From contig NW_026250406.1 of assembly GCF_024521635.1 (NCBI RefSeq), forward strand, positions 992,001 to 1,056,000: a DNA stretch of 64,000 nt. The letters run 5' to 3'. The notes below the pieces were generated by a model. That model was not told where the DNA came from and ran no database searches. It was given only the letters and a program-made list of their open reading frames with translations. How positions within the stretch are numbered: position 1 is the first letter of the stretch; every line of letters begins with the position of its first letter. The translations under genes were made by a program, and so were the position numbers. This DNA is from Tricharina praecox (taxonomy: Eukaryota). Shown piece after piece: positions 63,675 through 64,000 of the stretch.

Positions 63675-64000
63675 GTAACGGCCGTGGGAATTTTGGCACA
63701 CATGTTTTTTTCCAAGATCCGCCCGGACGGACCATCACCTTATTACCCCCTAGATCTTGCGCTGCTTTGGCGACGACGGCGATGGATACATGCGTTTTAT
63801 ATTCATACACTATGACACCGGATGTTCTTTTGCTCGAGTCCACCGCCGGTTGACATCTAGGAACAAGCTGTTTCAGTTACATTCTTACAAACCATACAAC
63901 CCAACCATACGGCTGCAGTTTATCGCATTGATAACCCGTTGTTTTTTTTTGTTCTTTTTTTTCTCTTTCTTTCCCTTTGCTTTCTCTTTTACATTTTCTT

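Overview
Eukaryotic, intron-rich DNA from a filamentous ascomycete (GT-AG introns with CTRAC/CTRAT branch points; Pezizomycetes-like is an inference only). The window is mostly conserved housekeeping and signalling genes: ferrochelatase (partial), a Red1/ZFC3H1-like zinc-finger protein, a His-rich type I membrane protein, the Rho1 GEF Rom2/Rgf1, a PKA-family catalytic subunit, an acyl-CoA synthetase, mitoribosomal bL19m, STRAP-like WD40, Doa1/Ufd3, Rpc31, a putative mitochondrial protein, septin Cdc11/AspA, Ist3/Snu17, dynein light intermediate chain, Nbp35, a PTH11-like receptor, a quinone oxidoreductase, Hsv2 and Ssk1. It also contains an intron-containing tRNA-Glu(CTC) and a dispersed 5S rRNA gene. 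I found no transposase, CRISPR array or biosynthetic cluster, and no clearly new multi-gene system. The best leads are non-coding: a ~830 bp segment bounded by 22-bp direct repeats that encloses a 17-bp minisatellite; a 26/30-bp alternating array ending in a hairpin; a highly structured first intron of the septin gene with two alternative pairing partners; a 109-bp tandem duplication just upstream of the NBP35 start; and frequent AAG 3' splice sites and micro-exons. Gene models were spliced by eye, and family calls come from motif recognition, not database searches.
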